DNA from: Solirubrobacteraceae bacterium
Lineage (GTDB): Bacteria > Actinomycetota > Thermoleophilia > Solirubrobacterales > Solirubrobacteraceae
Assembly (NCBI GenBank): GCA_035503035.1
Contig: DATJTS010000034.1
Coordinates: 2,791-66,790 of the forward strand
Direction of reading: 5' to 3'
Length of the DNA stretch: 64,000 nucleotides
Below the pieces are notes generated by a model that saw only the letters and a list, made by a program, of their open reading frames with translations, ran no database searches and was not told where the DNA came from. Shown here one piece after another: positions 48,375-57,477 of this stretch; the stretch's first letter is position 1, and every line of letters begins with the position of its first letter. The translations under genes were made by a program, and so were the position numbers.

Positions 48375-49211
48375 TCATGCGGCGGTGGTGCGGTTGAAGC
48401 GCCGGAGCGCGAGCGGCACGCAGACCGCGAGGAGCACGACGCACCAGCCGATCATCGCCAGCTGGGGATGGTCGAGCTGGAAGGAGCCGGAGCTGTGCAG
48501 GTGCGTGGTCAGAGAGCGGGCGCTCGCCACGAAGGCCGACACCGGATCCCATTGGGCGATCGCCCGCGGGATGGCGTCCATACCGGAGATCGGGACGAAG
48601 GTGCCCGCCATGAACGTGAGCGGCAGGATCACGATGAAGCCCAGCCCCTGCACCGCGTCCGGCGAGCGAATCAGCAGCCCGAACAGGACCCCGGCCCAGA
48701 TGAAGGCGAAGATCCCGAGCGCGAGCAGGCCAGCGAGCTCGAAGCCGCCGGCGACCGTGAGGTCCGGGCGCCAGCCGAGCGCGATCCCGAAGGCGATGTA
48801 GATCGTCATGCCGAGCACCTGCTCGCAGAACTGGCCCATCACCTGGCCGGTGATGATCGCGAGGCGGTTGATCGGCAGCGAACGGAAGCGGTCGACGACG
48901 CCCTCGCTCATGTCGGTCGCGGTTGCGGTGCCCGCACTGATCACGCTGAAGGCGAGGCCCTGGGCGATGATGCCGGGGAACAGGTAGCTCTTGTAGTTGA
49001 TGCCCACGTGGATGGCCGAGCCGAACACGTAGAGGAACAGCAGGATGAAGACGATCGGCTGCACGGTCACGTCGAGCAGCCGCTCGGGGACGCGCGGGAT
49101 CGCACGCAGCGAGCGCCAGGTGAGCAAGCGCGTGTCGCGTACGAGGCGCATGGGCGAGAGCGCCGACCGCCCGGAAGCGGAGGTCGACACTGGTGCGGCA
49201 AGGGTGGTCAT
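48375..49211 (-). CDS. ABC-2 (DrrB-like) exporter permease
   Basis: QPIVFILLF.YVFG, GVVDRFRSLPI, P..F..GTFVP. Confidence 0.92.
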   Translation of the reverse strand: MTTLAAPVSTSASGRSALSPMRLVRDTRLLTWRSLRAIPRVPERLLDVTVQPIVFILLFLYVFGSAIHVGINYKSYLFPGIIAQGLAFSVISAGTATATDMSEGVVDRFRSLPINRLAIITGQVMGQFCEQVLGMTIYIAFGIALGWRPDLTVAGGFELAGLLALGIFAFIWAGVLFGLLIRSPDAVQGLGFIVILPLTFMAGTFVPISGMDAIPRAIAQWDPVSAFVASARSLTTHLHSSGSFQLDHPQLAMIGWCVVLLAVCVPLALRRFNRTTAA

Positions 49212-50212
49212 GCGTGCGCCTCCTCGGGCTCGCGGTCGGAATCGGCACCGTCGGCGCCGGCGGCCTTCTCGGACTCAGCGGCGGTGTGGCCGGTGAGCGC
49301 CAGGAAGGCGTCGTCGAGCGTCGGGCGGCGGAGCGCGACCTCGTCGACCGGTATCCCGGCCTGGGTCACCGCGTCTGCAACCCGCGCGAGGTCGGCGACC
49401 TCGTCCGGTGCGGACACCGAGACAGTGCGCTGCTCGGGCAGCGTGGTGATGGTGAAGTGCTCCCAGAGCAGGGCCTCGAGCCGGCCGAACGCCTCGCCGT
49501 CGGCGGCGATGACGTCGACGCGCTGCTCACCGACCCGTGACTTCAGCTCGGCAGGCGTCCCGGCGGCGACCTCTCGGCCGCGGTCGAGCAGCACGACGCG
49601 GTCGGCCAGCGCGTCGGCCTCCTCGAGGTACTGGGTGGTGAGCAGCAGCGTGACGCCCTCGGCGACCAGCTCACGCACCGTCGACCAGACCACCTGGCGG
49701 CTGCGGGGATCCAGACCGGTCGTCGGCTCGTCGAGCACGAGCACCTGCGGGCGCTCGATCAGACCGGCGGCGAGGTCGATCCGCCGTCGCTCGCCGCCGG
49801 ACAAGTTCTTCACCAGCCGGTCGCGGAAGTCCCCGGCGTCGAATCGCTCGAGCAGCTCGTCGGCGCGCCGCCGGGCGGCACGGCCGTTGTAGCCGCGCAG
49901 CTGCGCCATCAGCACGAGGTTCTCCCGCGCGGTGAGGTGCTTGTCGAGCGCGGCGAACTGGCCGGTGAGCGAGATCAGCTCCCGCACGCGGGCCCCGTCC
50001 CGCACCACGTCGTGTCCCCCAACCCAGGCGCGACCGCCGTCAGGGGCGATCAGGGTGGCGAGCATGCGCACCGTCGTCGTCTTGCCGGCGCCGTTGGGGC
50101 CGAGCAGCGAGACGACGGTGCCGTCCGGGACCTGCAGGTCGAGCGCGTCGACCGCGACGAAGTCGCCAAAGCGCTTGGTGAGTCCTTCTGCACGAATCGC
50201 AATATCGGTCAT
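49208..50212 (-). CDS. DrrA-like ABC exporter ATP-binding protein
   Basis: [47 protein letters not shown]. Confidence 0.93.
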   Translation of the reverse strand: MTDIAIRAEGLTKRFGDFVAVDALDLQVPDGTVVSLLGPNGAGKTTTVRMLATLIAPDGGRAWVGGHDVVRDGARVRELISLTGQFAALDKHLTARENLVLMAQLRGYNGRAARRRADELLERFDAGDFRDRLVKNLSGGERRRIDLAAGLIERPQVLVLDEPTTGLDPRSRQVVWSTVRELVAEGVTLLLTTQYLEEADALADRVVLLDRGREVAAGTPAELKSRVGEQRVDVIAADGEAFGRLEALLWEHFTITTLPEQRTVSVSAPDEVADLARVADAVTQAGIPVDEVALRRPTLDDAFLALTGHTAAESEKAAGADGADSDREPEEAHA

Positions 50213-50220
50213 GGCGCGTA

Positions 50221-50249
50221 AAAGTACAGAGACTGAAGAAATACGTCAA
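50221..50249 (-). promoter_or_regulatory. sigma70-type promoter of drrAB-like operon with overlapping putative TetR operator
   Basis: -35 TTGACG (50249-50244), 17-bp spacer, -10 TACTTT (50226-50221), 8 nt before ATG (near-leaderless); imperfect palindrome TACAG-AGA-CTGAA at 50225-50237. Confidence 0.7.
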
Positions 50250-50325
50250 GCGAAAATATTCACGTTATGATCACAGTCCTTCGGACGGACGAGTCCAGAC
50301 CTGATCCGTGGTTGGAGCAGACGAA

Positions 50326-51360
50326 ATGGATGAGAAGACCAACGACAATTCCGAGGACGTTGACGAGGCAGCCCACGAGTCTCTGATCGACGGGCTGATC
50401 GGGGAGGAGATGGGCGACACCATGGCTTCGGTGATGCGACGGGTCAGGCGCGCGCAGGAGCAGTGGTACCGCGCCGAGCATCCCGACGAGGGACTGCGTG
50501 ACCGCAAGCGGCGGCTCACCCGGCAGCTCATCTCCGACGCCGCGACGGCGCTGTTCGCCTCTCGCGGATTCGACGAGGTGAAGGTCTCCGAGGTCGCCCG
50601 GCGCGTCGGCGTCTCGGAGAAGACGATCTACAACTACTTCCCCACCAAGGAGTCGATGGTGCTCGACTCCGCCGACGAGATGGTGGAGGGAATCGCGGCC
50701 GCGCTGCGTGAGCGCGGACCCGACGAGTCGATCACGGCGGCGGTGGTGCGCGCGTTGGCGGGCGAGACCGAGCGCTTCGACTTCGACATCGACGGGCTGG
50801 CCGAGACGGTTCCGGCGTTCGTGGCGATGATCGAGCAGACCCCGGCGCTGCACGCCGCCTGGCTCGAGATCCACGCGCGGCTTGCCCAGGTTGTCACCGA
50901 GGAGCTCGCCCAGGAAGCGGGCGTCGACCCCCGAGACCCCGAGCCGATGATCGCCGGCCGGGCGCTCGTCGGGCTGGGCGAAGTCGGCATGCAGTCGCGG
51001 GTGCGCCACACCCAGGACGGGCTGCGCGGCGACGAGCTGCGCGAGGCCGTGCTCTCCGACGTCCAGCGAGCGGCCCGCCTGCTCGACACCGGTCTGTGGG
51101 CGTTCAACCTTCCGGCCAGCCGCCGCGCACGGACCCAGGCGGCCGAGGCCGCACGCGCGGCTGAAGTGGCGCGGCGCCAGGTGGTGGTCGCCCTACGTGA
51201 GGCGCGCGCCGCCTGGGACCAGGCCCGCACCGCCGCGCACGAGGCCGGCGAAGAGGTGCGCCGCGCCGGCCAGGAGGCGCGGCGCGAGATGCAGGCAGAG
51301 CAGCGAGAGCGTCGCCGGCAGGCGGCGGAGCAGCGGCGCGCCGAGCGGCGCGAGCGCTGA
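50326..51360 (+). CDS. TetR family regulator with N- and C-terminal extensions
   Basis: GLRDRKR..TR..I..AA..LF...GFD.V.V.EVA..VGVSEKTIYNYFPTKE; divergent from drrAB. Confidence 0.9.
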   Translation: MDEKTNDNSEDVDEAAHESLIDGLIGEEMGDTMASVMRRVRRAQEQWYRAEHPDEGLRDRKRRLTRQLISDAATALFASRGFDEVKVSEVARRVGVSEKTIYNYFPTKESMVLDSADEMVEGIAAALRERGPDESITAAVVRALAGETERFDFDIDGLAETVPAFVAMIEQTPALHAAWLEIHARLAQVVTEELAQEAGVDPRDPEPMIAGRALVGLGEVGMQSRVRHTQDGLRGDELREAVLSDVQRAARLLDTGLWAFNLPASRRARTQAAEAARAAEVARRQVVVALREARAAWDQARTAAHEAGEEVRRAGQEARREMQAEQRERRRQAAEQRRAERRER

Positions 51361-51378
51361 GCCCTCGGTCGACGAGAC

Positions 51379-51729
51379 TCAGACGGGCGGGCGCAGCGGT
51401 GCCGGCTGGCCGCCGGACTCCACCGTGACCGGCTCGTAGAGCTCCTGCTCGGCGATGGCGTCGATCATCTCGGCCTCTTCCTCCTCGAGCTCCTCGTCGG
51501 AGTCGTGGTCGCCGTCGCAGAGAATGCGGAAGTTGCCCGAGGTGCCGCCGTCGGTCTGGATGACGATTCCGGGCAGGATCTCCTCGCCCTCGTCGAAGCC
51601 GAGCCGCTCGATGTCGAAATGGGCCATCCCGATCCCCCATGAGTTGTGATCGGGGTTCTCGCGGTCGTGGACGTTGATCGCGATCTTGAAGCTCTGCATG
51701 AGCTTGCCCATCGTGGCGGCGTCGACCAT
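51379..51729 (-). CDS. small acidic hypothetical protein
   Basis: RBS AGGAGG/GAGG, typical codon usage, Glu-rich C-terminus. Confidence 0.75.
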   Translation of the reverse strand: MVDAATMGKLMQSFKIAINVHDRENPDHNSWGIGMAHFDIERLGFDEGEEILPGIVIQTDGGTSGNFRILCDGDHDSDEELEEEEAEMIDAIAEQELYEPVTVESGGQPAPLRPPV

Positions 51730-51747
51730 GACCTCAGGCCTCCTTGC

Positions 51748-52134
51748 TCACCGAGCTCCGCGCTCGATGATCTCGATCCGGTAGTCGTCGGGATCCCGCA
51801 CGAAGCAGAGGCGGTTGCCGCCCTCGCTCACCGTATAGGGCGGGCGCTCGGGCTCGATGCCCTGGTCGGCGAGGCGCGCGAGCGTGGGGTCGAGCTCGTC
51901 GGTGGTGATGGCGATGTGGCCGTAGCCGGTGCCGAGGTCATAGGGCTCGGTGCGACCGAAGTTGAAAGTCAACTCCAGCCGCGGCTCATCGCCGTCGTCC
52001 GGCAGGTTCATGAAGACGTTGATCGCCTCGTCGCGGATCGGCGCTCGACGGATCTCCTTGAATCCCAGTGCCTCGTAGAAGGCGACCGAGCGGTCGATGT
52101 CGGCGATCCGGTAGCAGGTGTGGATGAGGCTCAT
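51748..52134 (-). CDS. VOC family protein, lactoylglutathione lyase (glyoxalase I)-like
   Basis: HTCYRI.D..RSV.FY, LELTFN, YDLGTGYGHIA, DPDDYRIE. Confidence 0.9.
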   Translation of the reverse strand: MSLIHTCYRIADIDRSVAFYEALGFKEIRRAPIRDEAINVFMNLPDDGDEPRLELTFNFGRTEPYDLGTGYGHIAITTDELDPTLARLADQGIEPERPPYTVSEGGNRLCFVRDPDDYRIEIIERGAR

Positions 52135-52170
52135 GAAGACGAGGGTACCCCTCGGGGTAGGGTGGGGCAC

Positions 52171-52917
52171 ATGATCGTCGAACGCTCGATGAGCGACGGC
52201 TTCCTCACGAACAACTACATCGTCGCCGACGAGCCCGGCGGGCACGCGGTCATGATCGACGCGGGCGGCCCGGTCGCGCCGCTGATCGAGTTCGTGAAGC
52301 GCGGTCAGCTCACGCTCACCCACATCCTGCTCACCCACCACCACGGCGATCACGTCGTCGATCTGGACGAGGCGATCGCGGCGTTCCCGGACGCGCCCGT
52401 GCTCATCCATGAGCTGGAGCGCTCAGAGGTTCCTCAGGCGACGGGCACCCTCGCGCCCGGCGAGACGATCCGCACCGGTGCGCTCACGATCGAGCCGCTG
52501 CACACCCCGGGGCACACCGCGGGGATGCTGTCGCTGCTGGTCGACGGCACCGACGTGTTCACCGGGGACACGCTGTTCAAGGGCTCGGTCGGCGGCGTGC
52601 GCGCCCCCGGCTCCACGAGCTACGCGGACCTCAAGTCCTCGATCATGGACACGCTGATGTCGCTTCCGCGCTCCACCCGCGTGCACCCCGGCCACACCGA
52701 CCCGACGACGATCGGCGACGAGCTCGAGCACAACGGCTTCATCCGCATCTGGCGGGGCGTCGACCCCGAAGGGGACGCCGAGTGCGTCGCGCTCGGCGAG
52801 CCCGCCACGCTGATCCTGCTCGGCGACGACTACGACGGCGGGCACAAGGCGTGGGTGCGCTGGCCCGACGGCTCGGACGACATCGTCCCGGGCTCGCGCG
52901 TGCAGACCGGGTCCTGA
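52171..52917 (+). CDS. MBL-fold metallo-hydrolase (glyoxalase II-like)
   Basis: THHHGDH, TPGHT, FTGDTLF, PGH; extra C-terminal domain. Confidence 0.9.
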   Translation: MIVERSMSDGFLTNNYIVADEPGGHAVMIDAGGPVAPLIEFVKRGQLTLTHILLTHHHGDHVVDLDEAIAAFPDAPVLIHELERSEVPQATGTLAPGETIRTGALTIEPLHTPGHTAGMLSLLVDGTDVFTGDTLFKGSVGGVRAPGSTSYADLKSSIMDTLMSLPRSTRVHPGHTDPTTIGDELEHNGFIRIWRGVDPEGDAECVALGEPATLILLGDDYDGGHKAWVRWPDGSDDIVPGSRVQTGS

Positions 52918-52956
52918 ACGTCCAACGGGCCGGTCGCCAACCGCGATCGGTCGAAG

Positions 52957-55569
52957 TCAGCGGGCCGCGTGGGCAACCGGCGCGCTGGCGGCGGCGCCGG
53001 CGCGCGCGAGCTCGCATGCACGCGCCACGCGACGCTCGGGCGCGATCGCCCGACCGCGACTCGTCGCGGCACCGACTACGTCGACCGGAGCTCGCTTATG
53101 CGCCGCCGCAAGCGCGGCCGCCGATCGGTCGACAAGCTGCGTGACGATCGCACCGGATGCCCCGAGCTCGATCGCGATCGTTTGCGCCATCGCCTCGACC
53201 TCGAGCGCGCCCGCATCCTCGCCCGCGAGGGCCAGCGCGCCCGACAGGATGAAGATCGCGGCGAGCCGAGTGGGTTCGTGGTCCCTGCGTTCGGCCTCCT
53301 GCAGGGTGCGTTCATGGAGGGACAGCCCATCAGCGATTCGTCCCTCGGCGACGGCGAGGTCGGCTTGGATCATGAACTGAATCCAGGTGATCGCCACGTC
53401 GCATCGCTCGAGCAGCCCGACCGCGGTACGCAGTTGTCGGGCCGCTATATCCAGCTCACCCGCGCGCTGATGCACCGAGGCCGAGAGCAGTAGCGTGAAG
53501 CCGAGCGAGGCGTCACCGGCCGCCTGGGCGCGACGAATCGCCTCATTGGCGTCGTGCAGGCTGTCGGCGATGCGTCCGAGGTCGACCAGCCAGTCCGCGC
53601 GCTCACACAGAGCCGCGGCGGCGGTCGCCGGGTCTTCTGCGGTGTCGACCGCGCGATCGAGGAACGGTAGACACTCCTCCGGTCGCCCGACGGCCATCGC
53701 CCAGCACGAAATGGCGACCGCCACGATCAGCGGGTCGATCGTCTCCGGAGGGTCGGCGACGAGCGGGTCGATCGTTTCGACGAGCTCGCGCATGTCACCG
53801 AGCGCGTACGCGGAGATCCCGTGTCCGGCGGCCAGCTCCTGCGCAAGCTCGCGGTCGTTGATCCACGCCCAACGCAACGCAACGCGTCGCTCGGGCACCA
53901 ACGCCATTATTGCGTCGTACACTCGCTCGCTGATCGTCGCCCAATCCCGCCCGTGGCGGACGATGGCCCGCTGACGCTCGGCGTGAGCGCGCCGCCAGCG
54001 CTCGCCATCTTGGGCGCGGTCGAGCTCCTCCTCGGCGAGGCGGCGCAGCCCCTCGGGAAGGCCGAAGCAGATGCGACCGTCCCCGTCTTCGACCCGGCGG
54101 ATGAGCGCGACGTCGAGCAGCCGAGCCAGATCGTCGGCGACGTCGAGCCCGTCGCCCCCGCAGATCGCCTCGACCTCCTCGAGCTCTACCGGGCCGGCGA
54201 ACACACCGAGACGGCCGAACAGCGCCCGGGCTGCCGGGCCGAGTAGCGCGAGCGAGAACTCGACGGTCGCCCGCAGCGAGCGCTGGCGCTCCGGACGGTC
54301 GATGCGGTCGTCGCGTAGGAGGTCGGGCGAGTCGCGCAGCCGGGCGAGCAGTGCGCCCGGCGTCAACAGCGCCAGACGTGCGGCGGCGACCTCGAGCGCG
54401 AGCGGCAGACCGTCGAGCAGGTGGACGAGCTCGACGAGAGTCTGGCGATCCCCGCCACCGATCGTCAACGCCGGGTTGCGTCGCCGGGCGACACGTTCGA
54501 TCAGGGCGAGGGCCGCTTCGTCGGCGAGCCCGTCGAGCCCGATGGCGAGCTCCTCGCCCAACCGTAACGGCGCCTGCGAAGTTGCCAACACCTGCAGATC
54601 GGGCAGCACTGCCAGAAGGGCGTCGATCTCGCCCGCCCCGTCGAGCAGGTGCTCGAGGTTGTCGAGCACCAAGAGCGTCGGGCCACGATTGCGCAGCCGG
54701 GCCATGACCGCGGTGCGTGCCGACGCCTCGACGTCGAGGGTTGCGTCCACCGCGGACGCAATCGCCTCACCGAGGTCAGCGGTTGAATCGACGTTCGCCA
54801 GGCGGGCGAGCCACACCCCACCCGAGAAGTCGTCCAGCAGCGCTGTTGCCGCGGCGAGCGCCAGGCTCGTCTTGCCCGCGCCCCCGCGGCCGGTCAGGGT
54901 GACGAGCCGCTCGCGCTCCTCGCCAAGCACGGCGCACACGCGCGCAAGCTCGGTGTCGCGTCCGACGAGCGTCGGTGGCGCCGCGGGCAGGTTCGTCGCC
55001 CGGGAGGACTCCGTGCGCGGTGGCGGGAAGGTCTTGGCGCCCCGTCCGTCGATGACTGCGCAGAACAGCGCTTCTGGCTGCGGGAAGTCCTTGAGGCGGT
55101 ATGCCCCAAGCGGCTCGCAGGCGACGACGCCGCGCACGAGCGCGGTCGCGGCCTCGCTGAGCAGCAACTGACCGCCGTGCGCAGCACCCGCGATCCGCGC
55201 CGCACGATGGACCTCGAGACCAACGTAGCCGGTGCCGACGTGCTCCACGAAGCCGACGTGCAGACCCATCCGCACCCTCAGCCGGCCACCCACTGCGCGC
55301 GGCCAGCGATGGGCGGCGAGCGCTCGCTGGGCGGCGATGGCGGCCCTTGCCGCAGCCGCGGGATCGGCGAACGTCGCAAAGAACGCATCGCCCTCGGTGC
55401 CGTCGACCCACCCGCCTTCTGCGGAGATCGCGCCGGCAATCAGCGCGTGGTGAGTACCGAGCACCGCACCCCACCCGGAACCGAGCTCGCGCGCGAGCCG
55501 CGTCGAGCCCTCGACGTCGGTGAAGAGCATCGCGATCGTGCCGGTCGGCGGACCGGACTCCCCGTCCAC
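52957..55569 (-). CDS. class III nucleotide cyclase-like + STAND ATPase + TPR signalling protein
   Basis: FTDVEGST, EGDAFF, VRMGLHVG, HRAARI; GRGGAGKT, LLVLDNLE, LDGLPLALE. Confidence 0.88.
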   Translation of the reverse strand: MDGESGPPTGTIAMLFTDVEGSTRLARELGSGWGAVLGTHHALIAGAISAEGGWVDGTEGDAFFATFADPAAAARAAIAAQRALAAHRWPRAVGGRLRVRMGLHVGFVEHVGTGYVGLEVHRAARIAGAAHGGQLLLSEAATALVRGVVACEPLGAYRLKDFPQPEALFCAVIDGRGAKTFPPPRTESSRATNLPAAPPTLVGRDTELARVCAVLGEERERLVTLTGRGGAGKTSLALAAATALLDDFSGGVWLARLANVDSTADLGEAIASAVDATLDVEASARTAVMARLRNRGPTLLVLDNLEHLLDGAGEIDALLAVLPDLQVLATSQAPLRLGEELAIGLDGLADEAALALIERVARRRNPALTIGGGDRQTLVELVHLLDGLPLALEVAAARLALLTPGALLARLRDSPDLLRDDRIDRPERQRSLRATVEFSLALLGPAARALFGRLGVFAGPVELEEVEAICGGDGLDVADDLARLLDVALIRRVEDGDGRICFGLPEGLRRLAEEELDRAQDGERWRRAHAERQRAIVRHGRDWATISERVYDAIMALVPERRVALRWAWINDRELAQELAAGHGISAYALGDMRELVETIDPLVADPPETIDPLIVAVAISCWAMAVGRPEECLPFLDRAVDTAEDPATAAAALCERADWLVDLGRIADSLHDANEAIRRAQAAGDASLGFTLLLSASVHQRAGELDIAARQLRTAVGLLERCDVAITWIQFMIQADLAVAEGRIADGLSLHERTLQEAERRDHEPTRLAAIFILSGALALAGEDAGALEVEAMAQTIAIELGASGAIVTQLVDRSAAALAAAHKRAPVDVVGAATSRGRAIAPERRVARACELARAGAAASAPVAHAAR

Positions 55570-55594
55570 AGCGGCAGTGTACGACCGGCGACAC

Positions 55595-55638
55595 GCTCAC
55601 AGCGCGCTGTGAGCCGGCTGCGAGCCGGCGGTGAGCGC
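55595..55638. promoter_or_regulatory. SARP-type 11-bp direct repeats upstream of ABC exporter
   Basis: GCTGTGAGCCG (55606), GCTGCGAGCCG (55617), GCGGTGAGCGC (55628) plus inverted copy GCTCACAGC (55595). Confidence 0.65.
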
Positions 55639-55681
55639 CGTTGCCGATCCTGGCAGCGTGTTCACGAATAAGGAGCGGACA

Positions 55682-56647
55682 ATGGAATATGCGATCGAGG
55701 CCGAGGGCCTCGTCAAGCGCTTCGGCGACACGCTCGCGCTGGATGGGGTCGACCTCACGGTCAGGCGCGGCTCGGTGCTCGGGATGCTCGGCCCCAACGG
55801 CGCGGGCAAGACGACCACCGTGCGGATCCTCGCCACGTTGCTGGCGGCCGACGCCGGCACGGCCCGGGTCGCCGGCCACGACGTCGCGAGCGCGCCCGCC
55901 GAGGTGCGTCGAATGGTCGGGCTCACGGGCCAGTACGCCTCCGTCGACGAGGCGCTGACCGGCCGCCAGAACCTGGTGATGATCGGGCAGCTGCTCGATC
56001 TCGGCGGCCGCGCCGCCAAGGCCCGTGCCGCCGAGCTGCTCGCGTGGTTCGACCTCGGCGACGCCGCCGACCGAACGGCGAAGACCTACTCGGGGGGCAT
56101 GCGCCGCCGGCTCGACCTCGCGGCCAGCCTGGTCGGACGGCCGTCGGTGGTGTTCCTCGACGAGCCGACCACCGGCCTGGATCCGGGGAAGCGCGAGGAC
56201 ATGTGGGCGATCGTGCGAGCGCTCGTCTCCGACGGCGCAACCGTGCTGCTCACCACCCAGTACCTCGATGAGGCCGACGCACTCGCCGACGACATCGTCG
56301 TGATCGACCACGGACGGGTCATCGCCCACGACACGCCCGACGGCCTCAAGCGGGTCGTCGGCAGCCAGACGCTCACCGTCCGCCCGGCCGACCCCGAGCA
56401 GCTCCCGGCCGTCGCCGAGATCCTGCGCGCGGTGACCGGGTCGACCGCGGCGCGTGACCCCCGCGGCCTGATCGTGCCGGTCGCCGGAGACCAGGCGCTG
56501 ACCGAGACGGTCGGGCGCCTCGCGACCGCCGGGATCGCCGTCACCGAACTGTCACTCAACCTGCCCAGCCTCGACGAGGTGTTCTTCGCACTGACCGGGC
56601 GCGGGGCGGATGACTCAGACCATCAGAACCTCCAGGAGGCAGCATGA
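55682..56647 (+). CDS. DrrA-like ABC exporter ATP-binding protein
   Basis: RBS AAGGAG; [40 protein letters not shown]. Confidence 0.93.
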   Translation: MEYAIEAEGLVKRFGDTLALDGVDLTVRRGSVLGMLGPNGAGKTTTVRILATLLAADAGTARVAGHDVASAPAEVRRMVGLTGQYASVDEALTGRQNLVMIGQLLDLGGRAAKARAAELLAWFDLGDAADRTAKTYSGGMRRRLDLAASLVGRPSVVFLDEPTTGLDPGKREDMWAIVRALVSDGATVLLTTQYLDEADALADDIVVIDHGRVIAHDTPDGLKRVVGSQTLTVRPADPEQLPAVAEILRAVTGSTAARDPRGLIVPVAGDQALTETVGRLATAGIAVTELSLNLPSLDEVFFALTGRGADDSDHQNLQEAA

Positions 56648-57477
56648 CTTCCGACGCCATGAGCGCTGCCGGCGGCGCCCTCGCGCTGCCCGCGCAGGTC
56701 AGCACCCATCCCCCGCGGCTGCGCGCGCTGCGCCACACGCTGGTGCTCGCCAAGCGCGGCCTGATCAAGACGATTCACACCCCCGAGGCGCTGATCGACG
56801 TCACCCTGCAGCCGATCATCTTCCTGGCGATGTTCACCTACATCTTCGGGGGAGCGATCGCGCACGGCTCGCAGCAGTCCTACCTCGAGTTCCTGCTGCC
56901 GGGCGTCCTCGGACAGACGATCGCCATGGGTGGGATCGCAATCGGGGTCAACCTCAACACCGACATCGCCACCGGGATCTTCGACCGGTTCCGGAGCCTG
57001 CCGATCGCCCGCTCGGCGCCGCTCGTGGGCGCGGTCCTGGCCGACATCGTGCGCTACGTCGTGCTGTGCGCGGTGACGCTCGGCTTCGGCTACGCGCTCG
57101 GCTTCCGCGCGCACACCGGCGTGCTCGACGTGCTCGCCGCCTGCGCGCTGGCCACCGGATTCGCGCTGTGCCTGTGCTGGGCCTCGGTGTTCGTCGGGAT
57201 GATCGCGCGGACGTCGGGCTCGGTGCAGGGGATCATGACGCTGATCGTGCTCCCGCTGAGCTTCGGCTCGAACACGTTCGTGCGGACGACGACGATGCCC
57301 GGGTGGCTGCAGTCGTTCGTCAAGGTCAACCCGCTCACCCACCTGGTCGACGCCGTTCGCGGTCTGCTGCTCGGTGGGCCGGTCGCCTCAGACGTGCTCT
57401 GGACGCTCATGTGGATGGGAATCCTGCTCCTCGTGTTCGTGCCGCTCGCGCTCCGCGCCTACCGCCGCCGAGTCTGA
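56644..57477 (+). CDS. ABC-2 (DrrB-like) exporter permease
   Basis: PEALIDVTLQP, GIFDRFRSLPI, PL.F.SN.FV, MPGWLQ..NP. Confidence 0.92.
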   Translation: MTSDAMSAAGGALALPAQVSTHPPRLRALRHTLVLAKRGLIKTIHTPEALIDVTLQPIIFLAMFTYIFGGAIAHGSQQSYLEFLLPGVLGQTIAMGGIAIGVNLNTDIATGIFDRFRSLPIARSAPLVGAVLADIVRYVVLCAVTLGFGYALGFRAHTGVLDVLAACALATGFALCLCWASVFVGMIARTSGSVQGIMTLIVLPLSFGSNTFVRTTTMPGWLQSFVKVNPLTHLVDAVRGLLLGGPVASDVLWTLMWMGILLLVFVPLALRAYRRRV

